From Candidatus Krumholzibacteriia bacterium (GTDB lineage: Bacteria > Krumholzibacteriota > Krumholzibacteriia > LZORAL124-64-63): a stretch of DNA of 28,754 bases. Shown one piece after another: positions 19,130 to 27,339 of the stretch. How positions within the stretch are numbered: position 1 is the first letter of the stretch; every line of letters begins with the position of its first letter. A model generated the notes under the pieces. The model worked only from the letters and a program-made list of their open reading frames with translations. It was not told the DNA's origin and did no database searches. The position numbers and the translations under genes are program-made. The stretch spans positions 1 to 28,754 of the forward strand of contig JAZBOO010000327.1 of the NCBI GenBank assembly GCA_036351155.1. The letters are read 5' to 3'.

Positions 19130-20040
19130 ACACCCGGGGAAACGGCCAACCGCGTCCAGTGAAAAGGGTCGGGGTTTTCGGAAATCCCGCCAAACCCGAG
19201 TTGCCTCCCGCCCTGGAAACCATCGCACGCCTCAGTGTCGAGGGTGGGGCGGAAGTGGTGGCTTCGAAGGACCTATCTGTCATTTTGCCCCGCGATATCA
19301 AGCGGGTGGACAATGCCGACCTGGCCGATGCCGTGGACGTGGTGATTGCTCTGGGTGGGGATGGCACCATGCTGCGGGCGGCCCGTGTCCTTGGTTTATC
19401 CGGCGTGCCGTTGCTCGGGGTGAACATGGGCTCGCTCGGCTATCTGACGGATGTTCCGGTCAGCGAGCTCAGCGAAGCGGTGGCCAACCTTCTGGCGGGG
19501 AACTACCACATCGATACCCGGGCGCGGGTTTACTGCTCGGTCTGGCGTGAGGGCAACCGCATTGCCAACAGCAATGCCCTGAATGATCTGGTGGTAAACA
19601 TGGGGCCTCTGCCGCGGGCCTTGCACATGGAATTGATCCTCGACGGAGATTCCCTGGGCACCTTCGTCGGCGACGGCATCATTGTCAGCACGCCCACCGG
19701 GTCGACGGCCTACAATCTTTCGGCGGGGGGCCCCATTTGTCACTCCGCCGTGCCCTGTCTTCTGGTGGCCCCTATCTGCCCGCACAGCCTCGGCATGCGG
19801 CCGCTCATCATCTCCGAGAACACGAACATCGAACTCATCTTGCATGAGACAGGAGAGGGTGCCGTGTTGACGGCCGATGGCCAGACCACACATACCCTGG
19901 CCGACCACGACCGGCTGAGCTTCCGGCAGGCCATCGACGAAGTGAACCTGGTCAAATTTCCCCACAGCACCTTCTATCGCGTCATGCGGCACAAGCTCAA
20001 CTGGGGCGGACCCAACCGTCGCTTGAGCAAGGGACTCTGA
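19126..20040 (+). CDS. nadK: NAD(+) kinase
   Basis: LGGDGTML, GVNMGSLGYL, GDGIIVSTPTGSTAYNLSAGGP, PICPHSL. ATGA overlap with the dxs stop gives start 19126. Confidence 0.96.
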   Translation: MNTRGNGQPRPVKRVGVFGNPAKPELPPALETIARLSVEGGAEVVASKDLSVILPRDIKRVDNADLADAVDVVIALGGDGTMLRAARVLGLSGVPLLGVNMGSLGYLTDVPVSELSEAVANLLAGNYHIDTRARVYCSVWREGNRIANSNALNDLVVNMGPLPRALHMELILDGDSLGTFVGDGIIVSTPTGSTAYNLSAGGPICHSAVPCLLVAPICPHSLGMRPLIISENTNIELILHETGEGAVLTADGQTTHTLADHDRLSFRQAIDEVNLVKFPHSTFYRVMRHKLNWGGPNRRLSKGL

Positions 20041-21782
20041 TGCTTCGTGAACTCAGGGTGGGCAACCTGGCCCTGGTTGAGGATCTCAATCTTTCCCTGG
20101 AAATGGGTCTGACCGTCCTGACCGGTGAAACCGGGGCAGGCAAGAGCCTGGTGGCCGGTGCCCTCTCTTTGCTGGCCGGCGGCAAGGGGGAGAAGGAGCA
20201 GATCCGTCGTGGGGAGGACCTGGCCTACGTGGAAGGCGTGTTCGATCTCGGAGATTGCCCGGAGCAAATGGCTCACTGTCAGGAACTGGGGATCAAGCTG
20301 GCCGACGATGGCCTGCTGGTCCTGCGCCGCGAGTTGCGCCGGGAAACTCGCGGCCGGGTCTTGATCAACGGGTTGATGTCCAGTCTGGCCCTCCTGGAAC
20401 AGGTGGGCCCCCGCCTGGTGGGGGTCCAGAGCCAGGATCAGCAAAGGGTCCTTTCCCGTCCGGGTTTCGCCCGGGATTTCCTGGACCGGGCCCTGGGCCT
20501 GGAGGAGGAACTCGCCGCGGTTCATCGCCATCTGGCTCAGTACCAGGAATTGAATCGCCAGCTGGCCCGCCGGCGGCAGGAAGAAGATTTTGCCCGGCAA
20601 CAGCTGGAGATCTGGGAATACCAGCTGAAGGAACTGTCCGAGGCTGGGCTCGATGCCGAAGAGGAAGCTGACCTTGCCGAAAAGATTGCCCTGGGCCGGA
20701 ATTCACGTTCCCTGCTCGAAAGTGCCGCCCAGGCCCGGGAGGCATTGACCGAAGGCGAGATCAACGCCCGGGATCTGCTGGGGTCGGCTTTTGGCGTCCT
20801 GGCTCCTCTGGAAGACACCAGCCCTCGTCTGGCTGCTATTCTGGAGCTGGTGCAAACGGCGCAGAGCGCTGCCGAGGAAGCAGCAGGTGGGCTCGAACGA
20901 TTTCTGGACACGGTGGATGTGGATCCCTCCCGCCTGGACGAATGGGAAGAACGCCATGCCCACTACGGTGAACTCAAACGGAAGTATCACACGGACGTGG
21001 CTGGACTTGTGGAACGCGAGGCCACCCTGGCCGACCAGGTGGCACGGCAGCGTGCGGCCGCCAGCGACATCCTCCAGCTGGAGGATGATGTTCTCCGGGC
21101 CCGGGAGACCCTGGCCCAGGCTTGCCGGGATCTGCGGGAATGCCGTGTGAAAGGCGCGCCTCAGGTGGCCCGGCAGGCCCGTGACCTGATTCGCCCCCTG
21201 GCCATGCCCGATGTGGAACTCACTTTCGTGGTCGAGCCGGACCTGGATCCTCGCGGGGCGATCGTGCTGGACGGACAGCCCAGCCGGGTCACCGCCGGTG
21301 GCGCCGATCTGGTGTCCCTGGTGGCCCGGACCAACCCCGGGGAAAGCTACGGAGAGGTGGGCAAAATTGCCTCCGGCGGGGAAAAATCGCGAATTTTCCT
21401 GGGTTTGTCGGTTCTGGACCGGCATGAGAGCGAGCCGCCGCTGATGCTCTTCGATGAAATCGATGCCGGGCTGGGGATGGACAACGCCGTTCCGGTGGCG
21501 CGGTTGCTTTCCCGGCTGGGCGAAAACGGGCAAGTGCTCTGCATCACCCACCTGCCGACGGTGGCGGCATTCGGTCAGTGGCACTGGAAGGTGGCCAAGG
21601 AGGTCGCCCACCAGCGGACCCGGGTTCGGGTGGGCAATCTTGACCAGGAAGGACGCGTCGAGGAAATTGCGCGCCTGCTCGGAGGGCAAATGTCCGGTGA
21701 GGCGACGCGGCCGGTTCAGATCGACCACGCCCGCAAGCTCCTGGGGCAAGATCGCATTGATCAACAGGAGGGATCGGGTTAA
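20040..21782 (+). CDS. recN: DNA repair protein RecN
   Basis: Walker A LTGETGAGKS, long coiled coil, ASGGE signature, Walker B LFDEIDAG, QVLCITHLP, RVEEIARLLGG; follows nadK. Confidence 0.96.
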   Translation: MLRELRVGNLALVEDLNLSLEMGLTVLTGETGAGKSLVAGALSLLAGGKGEKEQIRRGEDLAYVEGVFDLGDCPEQMAHCQELGIKLADDGLLVLRRELRRETRGRVLINGLMSSLALLEQVGPRLVGVQSQDQQRVLSRPGFARDFLDRALGLEEELAAVHRHLAQYQELNRQLARRRQEEDFARQQLEIWEYQLKELSEAGLDAEEEADLAEKIALGRNSRSLLESAAQAREALTEGEINARDLLGSAFGVLAPLEDTSPRLAAILELVQTAQSAAEEAAGGLERFLDTVDVDPSRLDEWEERHAHYGELKRKYHTDVAGLVEREATLADQVARQRAAASDILQLEDDVLRARETLAQACRDLRECRVKGAPQVARQARDLIRPLAMPDVELTFVVEPDLDPRGAIVLDGQPSRVTAGGADLVSLVARTNPGESYGEVGKIASGGEKSRIFLGLSVLDRHESEPPLMLFDEIDAGLGMDNAVPVARLLSRLGENGQVLCITHLPTVAAFGQWHWKVAKEVAHQRTRVRVGNLDQEGRVEEIARLLGGQMSGEATRPVQIDHARKLLGQDRIDQQEGSG

Positions 21783-21807
21783 CCTCAAGTTGTGCTTCAA
21801 AAGGAAT

Positions 21808-21836
21808 TTGACGGCGTTGGGTTCATGTCCCATACT
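21808..21836 (+). promoter_or_regulatory. Sigma-70 promoter of tRNA-Arg
   Basis: TTGACG (21808-21813)-N17-CATACT (21831-21836), 17 nt before the tRNA. Confidence 0.7.
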
Positions 21837-21853
21837 TTCGCCACCAATCAGGT

Positions 21854-21930
21854 GCGCCCGTAGCTCAGCTGGATAGAGCGTCTGCCTCCGGAGCAGAAGG
21901 CCACAGGTTCGAATCCTGTCGGGCGTACCA
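21854..21930 (+). tRNA. tRNA-Arg (anticodon CCG)
   Basis: Acceptor GCGCCCG/CGGGCGT followed by ACCA; D arm GCTC-AGCTGGATA-GAGC; anticodon arm TCTGC-CTCCGGA-GCAGA; T arm ACAGG-TTCGAAT-CCTGT. Confidence 0.97.
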
Positions 21931-21950
21931 TTTTTCCCCGGTGTAATACG

Positions 21951-22166
21951 ATGTTTATTTTCCGACTCCTGCTTCTCTTCATGCTCTGGCTGCTGATCAG
22001 GCGCCTGTGGCGGACCTATACCCAGGGGCGAACCTCGGCCCGCCGGCCAACCACCCGGGAGCCCTATCCCGGCCCTGCTGATCAGAAAGACCGCAAAATG
22101 GACGACATCACCCAGCAGGAGATTTCGGACGCCGACTTCGAGGAGCTGGACGAAAGCGGCCGATAG
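21951..22166 (+). CDS. Small hypothetical membrane-anchored protein with acidic DADFEE tail
   Basis: Hydrophobic N-terminus (MFIFRLLLLFMLWLLIRR), Pro/Arg-rich linker, C-terminal ISDADFEELDE; no obvious RBS. Confidence 0.7.
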   Translation: MFIFRLLLLFMLWLLIRRLWRTYTQGRTSARRPTTREPYPGPADQKDRKMDDITQQEISDADFEELDESGR

Positions 22167-22190
22167 ACTTTTACGACCCGGGGGCATCAG

Positions 22191-22565
22191 ATGATGTTCG
22201 AAAAACGATCCCGCCGGCCTTCCGCCATGTTCGACTCCCGTTTCCGTGATGGCAGCGGTGGCGATTTCCCCTTGCGCCAGTTCATGCGCTGCAAGGAGGA
22301 ATTCTCCGGAGGATTGATCCATATTTTCCTGCTGGTGGCCTTCATCGTGACCTTGGGCCTCTTCACGCAGACCGTGAACAACCTGTTTTCTGTCCACGGG
22401 GAAGGGGTGAACCCGCTCTATCGCTGGCTGGCGCTGGGCCTCCTCCTCATTTTTACCCTTTCGGTTGTGCGCCGTTTATATTACAAAGTGTTGGAATTGA
22501 GGGAGATCAGGCGCGAGATGGGCCGGTTGCGCGAGGAGATGCGCCAGCCGGAAGACGAAGACTGA
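22191..22565 (+). CDS. Hypothetical membrane protein (two TM helices plus C-terminal coiled coil)
   Basis: Hydrophobic segments GLIHIFLLVAFIVTLGLF and WLALGLLLIFTLSVV, then ELREIRREMGRLREEM; start codon uncertain. Confidence 0.7.
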   Translation: MMFEKRSRRPSAMFDSRFRDGSGGDFPLRQFMRCKEEFSGGLIHIFLLVAFIVTLGLFTQTVNNLFSVHGEGVNPLYRWLALGLLLIFTLSVVRRLYYKVLELREIRREMGRLREEMRQPEDED

Positions 22566-22716
22566 CCTTCGCCTGTTGATTTACCGAATATCCGGAAAAC
22601 AGTTCAGGAATCAGGCGTTGCGGCCGAAGTTCCCAGTAATGAAGTGATGCCCTCGGGGGCAGCAAAGCTCAGGGTCTGTCTCGTCGGCCAAGACCGAGAA
22701 GGAGTTTATTTTTACC

Positions 22717-24015
22717 ATGGAAAAAATGATCGCAAAACTTCAAAACAAGGACCTCACGCTGGGTGTTCTGGGACTGGGTTACGTGGGGTTGCCCCTGGCC
22801 GTTTCCTATGCGCAGGCCGGATTCAAGGTCCTGGGTTTCGATCTTTCCGTGCCCAAGGTGGAATCCCTGGGCAAGGGGCAGAGCTACATCATTGACGTGA
22901 CGTCGGCCGAGTTGAAGGAAGTGGTGGACAAGGGGTTGCTTTCCGCGACCACCGACATGTCCCGGCTCAAAGAGGTGGACAGCGTCAACATCTGTGTGCC
23001 CACGCCGCTGGGAAAAACCGGAGACCCGGATATTTCCTACATCCAGTCCGCTGTGGATGCCATTGCTCCGGCTTTGCATGACGGCATGCTCATCATCCTG
23101 GAGAGCACCACCTACCCGGGAACCACCGAGGAAGTCATTCTGCCCCGTCTGGCCGAAGGAGGCAAAGAGGTGGGGAAGGACTTTTTCCTGGCCTTCTCGC
23201 CCGAGCGCGTGGACCCCGGGAACCCCACCTATCATACCAAGAACATCCCCAAGGTGGTGGGCGGCGTGACCCTCAACTGCACCGAGGTGGCCAAGAGCCT
23301 CTACAGCCAGGTGATGGACACCGTGGTGCCCGTTTCCTCGGTGAGAGTGGCCGAGACGGTCAAGTTGCTGGAAAACACCTTCCGCAGCGTCAACATCGGT
23401 CTGGTGAATGAGATCGCGCTGATGTGCAGCGACATGGACATCGACGTCTGGGAAGTCATCGAGGGGGCGGCCACCAAGCCCTTCGGCTTCATGCCCTTCT
23501 ATCCAGGGCCTGGTCTGGGTGGGCACTGTATTCCCATCGACCCCTTCTACCTGTCCTGGAAGGCCAAGCAGCATGGCAGCGAGACGCGCTTCATCGATCT
23601 GGCGGGGCAGGTCAATGGATTCATGCCCAAGCATGTCCGCAACCTGGTCACCCTGGGATTGAATGATCGGTCCAGGTCGGTCAAGGGCAGCCGCATCCTG
23701 GTGGTCGGCGTGGCTTACAAGGCGGCGATCGATGACCTGCGGGAATCTCCGGCCCTGGATATCCTGAATCTGCTGCACGATCTGGGTGGTGATGTGCACT
23801 GGTACGACCCTCACGTGGGCGACTTGCCCGAGGGGATTCATGGCCAGCGCGTGGAAACCTGGGACCTGGAAACTCTCAAGACATTCGATGCCGCGGTGGT
23901 GGTCACCGCGCATCCCAAGGTTGATCATCCCCTCCTGCTGGAGGCCGATCTGCTGGTCGTGGACACCCGAAACGCCCTGAAGGGGCACCAGTCCAGCAAT
24001 CTGGTCAAGCTGTAG
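22717..24015 (+). CDS. Nucleotide-sugar dehydrogenase (UDP-N-acetylhexosamine 6-dehydrogenase, WbpA/WecC/TviB-like)
   Basis: GLGYVGLPLA, ICVPTP, ESTTYPGTT, SPERVDPG, KLLENTFRSVNI, GPGLGGHCIPIDP, DDLRESP; AAGGAG RBS. Confidence 0.95.
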   Translation: MEKMIAKLQNKDLTLGVLGLGYVGLPLAVSYAQAGFKVLGFDLSVPKVESLGKGQSYIIDVTSAELKEVVDKGLLSATTDMSRLKEVDSVNICVPTPLGKTGDPDISYIQSAVDAIAPALHDGMLIILESTTYPGTTEEVILPRLAEGGKEVGKDFFLAFSPERVDPGNPTYHTKNIPKVVGGVTLNCTEVAKSLYSQVMDTVVPVSSVRVAETVKLLENTFRSVNIGLVNEIALMCSDMDIDVWEVIEGAATKPFGFMPFYPGPGLGGHCIPIDPFYLSWKAKQHGSETRFIDLAGQVNGFMPKHVRNLVTLGLNDRSRSVKGSRILVVGVAYKAAIDDLRESPALDILNLLHDLGGDVHWYDPHVGDLPEGIHGQRVETWDLETLKTFDAAVVVTAHPKVDHPLLLEADLLVVDTRNALKGHQSSNLVKL

Positions 24016-24029
24016 GCGGAAGGAATATC

Positions 24030-24983
24030 ATGGCGAAGTATCTGGTCACCGGGGGAGCCGGTTTCATCGGCTCCCATCTGGCTCGTGAACTGGTCCAGCG
24101 CGATCACGAGGTGGTTGTGCTGGACAACCTGTCCACCGGGAATGTCGGCAACATGGCCGATTTCCGGGAGCGCATCCGTTTCGTGGAAGGTTCGATCACG
24201 GATCTGGACACCGTCCTGGACTGCTGCCAGGGGGTGGACTGTGTTTTTCATCAGGCTGCCCTGCCCAGCGTCCCGCGCAGTGTTGCAGATCCCATCCTGA
24301 GTGACGAACAGAACGTGGGGGGAACCATGCGGGTGTTCTGGGGAGCTCACCAGAGTGGAGTGCGGCGGGTGGTTTACGCGGCCAGCAGTTCCATCTACGG
24401 GGACACCGAGGAACTGCCCAAGCACGAGGGTATGCAACCGAAACCCATGTCTCCCTATGCGGTGAACAAGCGGGTGTCCGAGCTTTACGGGTCGGTGTTC
24501 AACAATCTTTATGGTCTGAATACCATTGGCTTGCGGTATTTCAACGTGTTCGGTCCGCGGCAGGATCCCAACAGTCAGTACGCGGCCGTGGTGCCCAAGT
24601 TCATCACCCGGTTTCTCGATGGGCAGTCTCCCATCATCCACGGGGATGGGCAACAATCCCGTGATTTCACCTTCGTGCAGAACGTGGTGGAAGCGAATAT
24701 CGCGGCCTGTGATTCCCGTCCGGAAGCCGGCGGGCGCAGCTACAACATCGCCCTGGGGGGACGGATCACCGTGGAGGACCTGTGCCTCAAGATCCGTGAT
24801 CTGATCGGCGTGGATATTGAGCCGACCTATGACGCTTCCCGGCCCGGTGATGTGCGCCACAGCCAGGCAAGTATTGATCTGGCCCGGGAATTCCTTGATT
24901 ATGCCGGAAGTGTCAGCCTGGAGGAAGGGCTGGCCCGAACGGTGACCTGGTACCAGGAAAACCATATCCCCAGTGGAGAGTGA
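24030..24983 (+). CDS. NAD-dependent epimerase (extended SDR, WbpP/TviC-like UDP-HexNAc(A) 4-epimerase)
   Basis: LVTGGAGFIGSH, HQAALPSVPRSV, AASSSIYG, SPYAVNK, LRYFNVFGPRQDPNSQYAAVVPKF, RDFTFV, RPGDVRHS. Confidence 0.93.
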   Translation: MAKYLVTGGAGFIGSHLARELVQRDHEVVVLDNLSTGNVGNMADFRERIRFVEGSITDLDTVLDCCQGVDCVFHQAALPSVPRSVADPILSDEQNVGGTMRVFWGAHQSGVRRVVYAASSSIYGDTEELPKHEGMQPKPMSPYAVNKRVSELYGSVFNNLYGLNTIGLRYFNVFGPRQDPNSQYAAVVPKFITRFLDGQSPIIHGDGQQSRDFTFVQNVVEANIAACDSRPEAGGRSYNIALGGRITVEDLCLKIRDLIGVDIEPTYDASRPGDVRHSQASIDLAREFLDYAGSVSLEEGLARTVTWYQENHIPSGE

Positions 24984-25972
24984 CGATGCGAGACATGGCC
25001 AAGACAGTCCGGAGGGAGCCCCAGCGCCAGCGTGGTCTGGTTCTGTTGCTGATTGCCCTGTTGATGCCCCTGCAGGCCCTTGCTCAGGCCAATGGCCCCG
25101 CCACCACCTACCGCCTGGTCAACGGTGACCAGGTGCAACTTTCGGTGCCGGGACGTCCCGATTTGACCCTGGCTCTGAGCGTGGATGGCAACGGCCGGGT
25201 CCCCATTCCCCAGGTGGGTGATGTGGCCCTGGCAGGTCTCACGGTGGCCGAAGCGGAACTCGTGCTCCGTCAGCGGTTGCGTCTGTTCGACCCGTCGGTG
25301 GACACCGTGCAGTTGACCCTGGCTTCCCAGGGCACGGGTGTGCGGATCTACGTGATTGGTGAGGTGGGGAACACGGGGGAATACAGCTTCAACACTCCGC
25401 CTTCGCTGTGGGACGTCTTGCGCGCCGCTGGTGGCCCTGGCGAGGCGGCCAACCTGAACCAGGCCCGGGTGGTTCGGGAAGCAGCGAGCGGCACTCAGGT
25501 TTCAGAGCTTGATCTCTCGGGTATCATGACCGGTGCGGGTGTGCCAACATTCGAGCTTCGCAATGGGGACACGCTGGTGATCCCGGCCACGCTCGAAGGA
25601 GTTTCCTCGGTGGCCAGCAGTGCCGGGGTTCAGGTCTTTGGTGGGGTCGAAGTGCCCACCGTGGTCCCGATCAAGGAGCCCACGCCGTTGCTCGACGTGA
25701 TCATGCTGGCGGGATCGCCCAGCGATGACGCGCTCTTGAATCAGATCTGGTGGGTGCATCGCTCGGGCGAGGAACTGACCTCCCGGAAGATCAACCTGGA
25801 GAAGTTCATCAAGGATGGCAATCCCCTGGGCAATCCCCTGGTTTATCCCGGCGATGCAGTGCACGTGAAGTTTCATCGCGAAAACTGGTTCCAGCGGAAT
25901 CTTCCCCTCATTCTCAGCACTGTCACGGCGATGACTACCCTCTGGCTGGCCTACGACCGCGCTCAGGAATAG
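24980..25972 (+). CDS. Polysaccharide export protein (OPX/Wza-like; Poly_export plus SLBB domains)
   Basis: YRLVNGDQVQLSV, VDGNGRVPIPQVGDVALAGLTVAE, IYVIGEV, two SLBB-like repeats (LRNGDTLVIP, VYPGDAVHV), hydrophobic C-terminal helix. Start may be ATG 24986. Confidence 0.88.
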   Translation: MTMRDMAKTVRREPQRQRGLVLLLIALLMPLQALAQANGPATTYRLVNGDQVQLSVPGRPDLTLALSVDGNGRVPIPQVGDVALAGLTVAEAELVLRQRLRLFDPSVDTVQLTLASQGTGVRIYVIGEVGNTGEYSFNTPPSLWDVLRAAGGPGEAANLNQARVVREAASGTQVSELDLSGIMTGAGVPTFELRNGDTLVIPATLEGVSSVASSAGVQVFGGVEVPTVVPIKEPTPLLDVIMLAGSPSDDALLNQIWWVHRSGEELTSRKINLEKFIKDGNPLGNPLVYPGDAVHVKFHRENWFQRNLPLILSTVTAMTTLWLAYDRAQE

Positions 25973-25997
25973 GCTTCAGGCACAGGATGGATATGAG

Positions 25998-26028
25998 GAC
26001 CGCGGGGACTACCCGCGGTCTTTTTTTT
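25998..26028 (+). terminator. Intrinsic terminator overlapping the 3' end of the convergent gene
   Basis: GACCGCGGG-gacta-CCCGCGGTC followed by 8 T. Confidence 0.85.
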
Positions 26029-26986
26029 GTTCCCCCGCAGTGAAGAAGCGTGATCTGAAGCCGAGCGAGAAGCCCAGGCCAATCACCACGGCCAGCCACA
26101 GAGTGAACAGCCGGACAATGAGAGCCACGGTGGCACCGGTGGCCGCATCCAGACCCAGACTTTGCAGGAGGTAAATGATGGTGGCCTCGGTGCCCCCGAG
26201 GCCACCAGGCAGGAAGGACAGGGAACCGACCAGGGTGCCGGCAGCATAGGTGAAGACGGCGTCCGGGGTGGGAATACCCCAGCCCAGACCCCGGCAGGCA
26301 AGCCAGAGGCCCAGGCATTCGGCCATCCAGGCGACCACCGAGAGAAGGGAGTAGCCAGCGAATGGAACCGGGCGGAAAAGGGTTTCCAGGGTGCTCAGGG
26401 AATCGTCCAGGGCCAGGTGCTGGTCCCGCAACAAGGGAGCCTTGCCCAGCTTGTTCAGGAGCCAGGCGCGAATCCTGGCGTTGTGCAGAACCAGCAGGAC
26501 CGCGGGAACGGAGGCCGAGAGAATCAACCCGGGGCCCAGTCCTGCATAGCTGGCAGGCCAGGTGGCCAGTCCGATGGCAGCGAGAATCAAGACGGCCAGA
26601 AAATCATAGACCCGTTCGGCCAGGACCACGGGCAAACCCTTGGCCAGAGGAATCCCGAACTTTTCCCTCATGATGGCGGCCTTGAAGACTTCTCCCACCT
26701 TTCCGGGGGTGATGACCATCACGTAGGCCGAAAAATATAGCCCAAGGGAATCCCGGAGGGGAAGCTTCAGGCGCACCTGGTCGAGGTAGAGGTGCCAACG
26801 AAAAAAGCGGAGTCCGTAGTTCAGCAAAGAGAGGAACGCGAGTCCGAGGAAGTAGGAGGGAGGGAAGCCGGCCAGCTGGGTTTTCAGATCCTCGAAACCA
26901 ACCCAGAGGCCCACGAGGGCATAGATCACCACGGCCAGGATCACGATAAAAAAACTGTTTCTAAGGGTATGCGGGGGCAGTTTCAT
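26009..26986 (-). CDS. UPF0104 / lysylphosphatidylglycerol synthase TM-domain (flippase-like) membrane protein
   Basis: Multi-TM protein with LRFFRW, ITPGKVGEVFKA, VLAERVYD, SFLPGGLGGTEA, LIVRLFTLW. Confidence 0.9.
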   Translation of the reverse strand: MKLPPHTLRNSFFIVILAVVIYALVGLWVGFEDLKTQLAGFPPSYFLGLAFLSLLNYGLRFFRWHLYLDQVRLKLPLRDSLGLYFSAYVMVITPGKVGEVFKAAIMREKFGIPLAKGLPVVLAERVYDFLAVLILAAIGLATWPASYAGLGPGLILSASVPAVLLVLHNARIRAWLLNKLGKAPLLRDQHLALDDSLSTLETLFRPVPFAGYSLLSVVAWMAECLGLWLACRGLGWGIPTPDAVFTYAAGTLVGSLSFLPGGLGGTEATIIYLLQSLGLDAATGATVALIVRLFTLWLAVVIGLGFSLGFRSRFFTAGEQKKDRG

Positions 26987-27203
26987 GAAAACACTGAACT
27001 CCTGGTTCCCGGGGAAGACAAAGGTTTTTCAACATCATGCCTGCAGGACAATGTGTAAAATAAAGATGTCTTTATGTCCTGTGCCGGGAGTTTCTACCGA
27101 TGACATCATGTCTGACAACTCTTTATCCTGCAGGGAATTTGATCGGTCCCAATTTGGTGATGATTCAGATTCGGTGAAGTTAATCAAATCGCAAAAAATT
27201 CTG

Positions 27204-27232
27204 TTGCAGTTGGAGGGCAATTGGTGTAGAAT
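27204..27232 (+). promoter_or_regulatory. Candidate sigma-70 promoter for the sugar transferase
   Basis: TTGCAG (27204-27209)-N17-TAGAAT (27227-27232), preceded by an A-tract. Confidence 0.5.
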
Positions 27233-27339
27233 CTGGTTCATGGTCAGTGATTCGGGGGAAGCGCTTACCGCATTCATTAGGCAACGCATCAGTTTCTAGG
27301 GGAACAGCCTGGACAACATCCAGCTAGGTAGGATTCTAC

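Noticed and set aside
26985..27299. Short ORFs (104 aa +, 84 aa -) in the divergent spacer
   Set aside because: AT-rich and atypical in composition, overlapping promoter-like elements; more likely non-coding.
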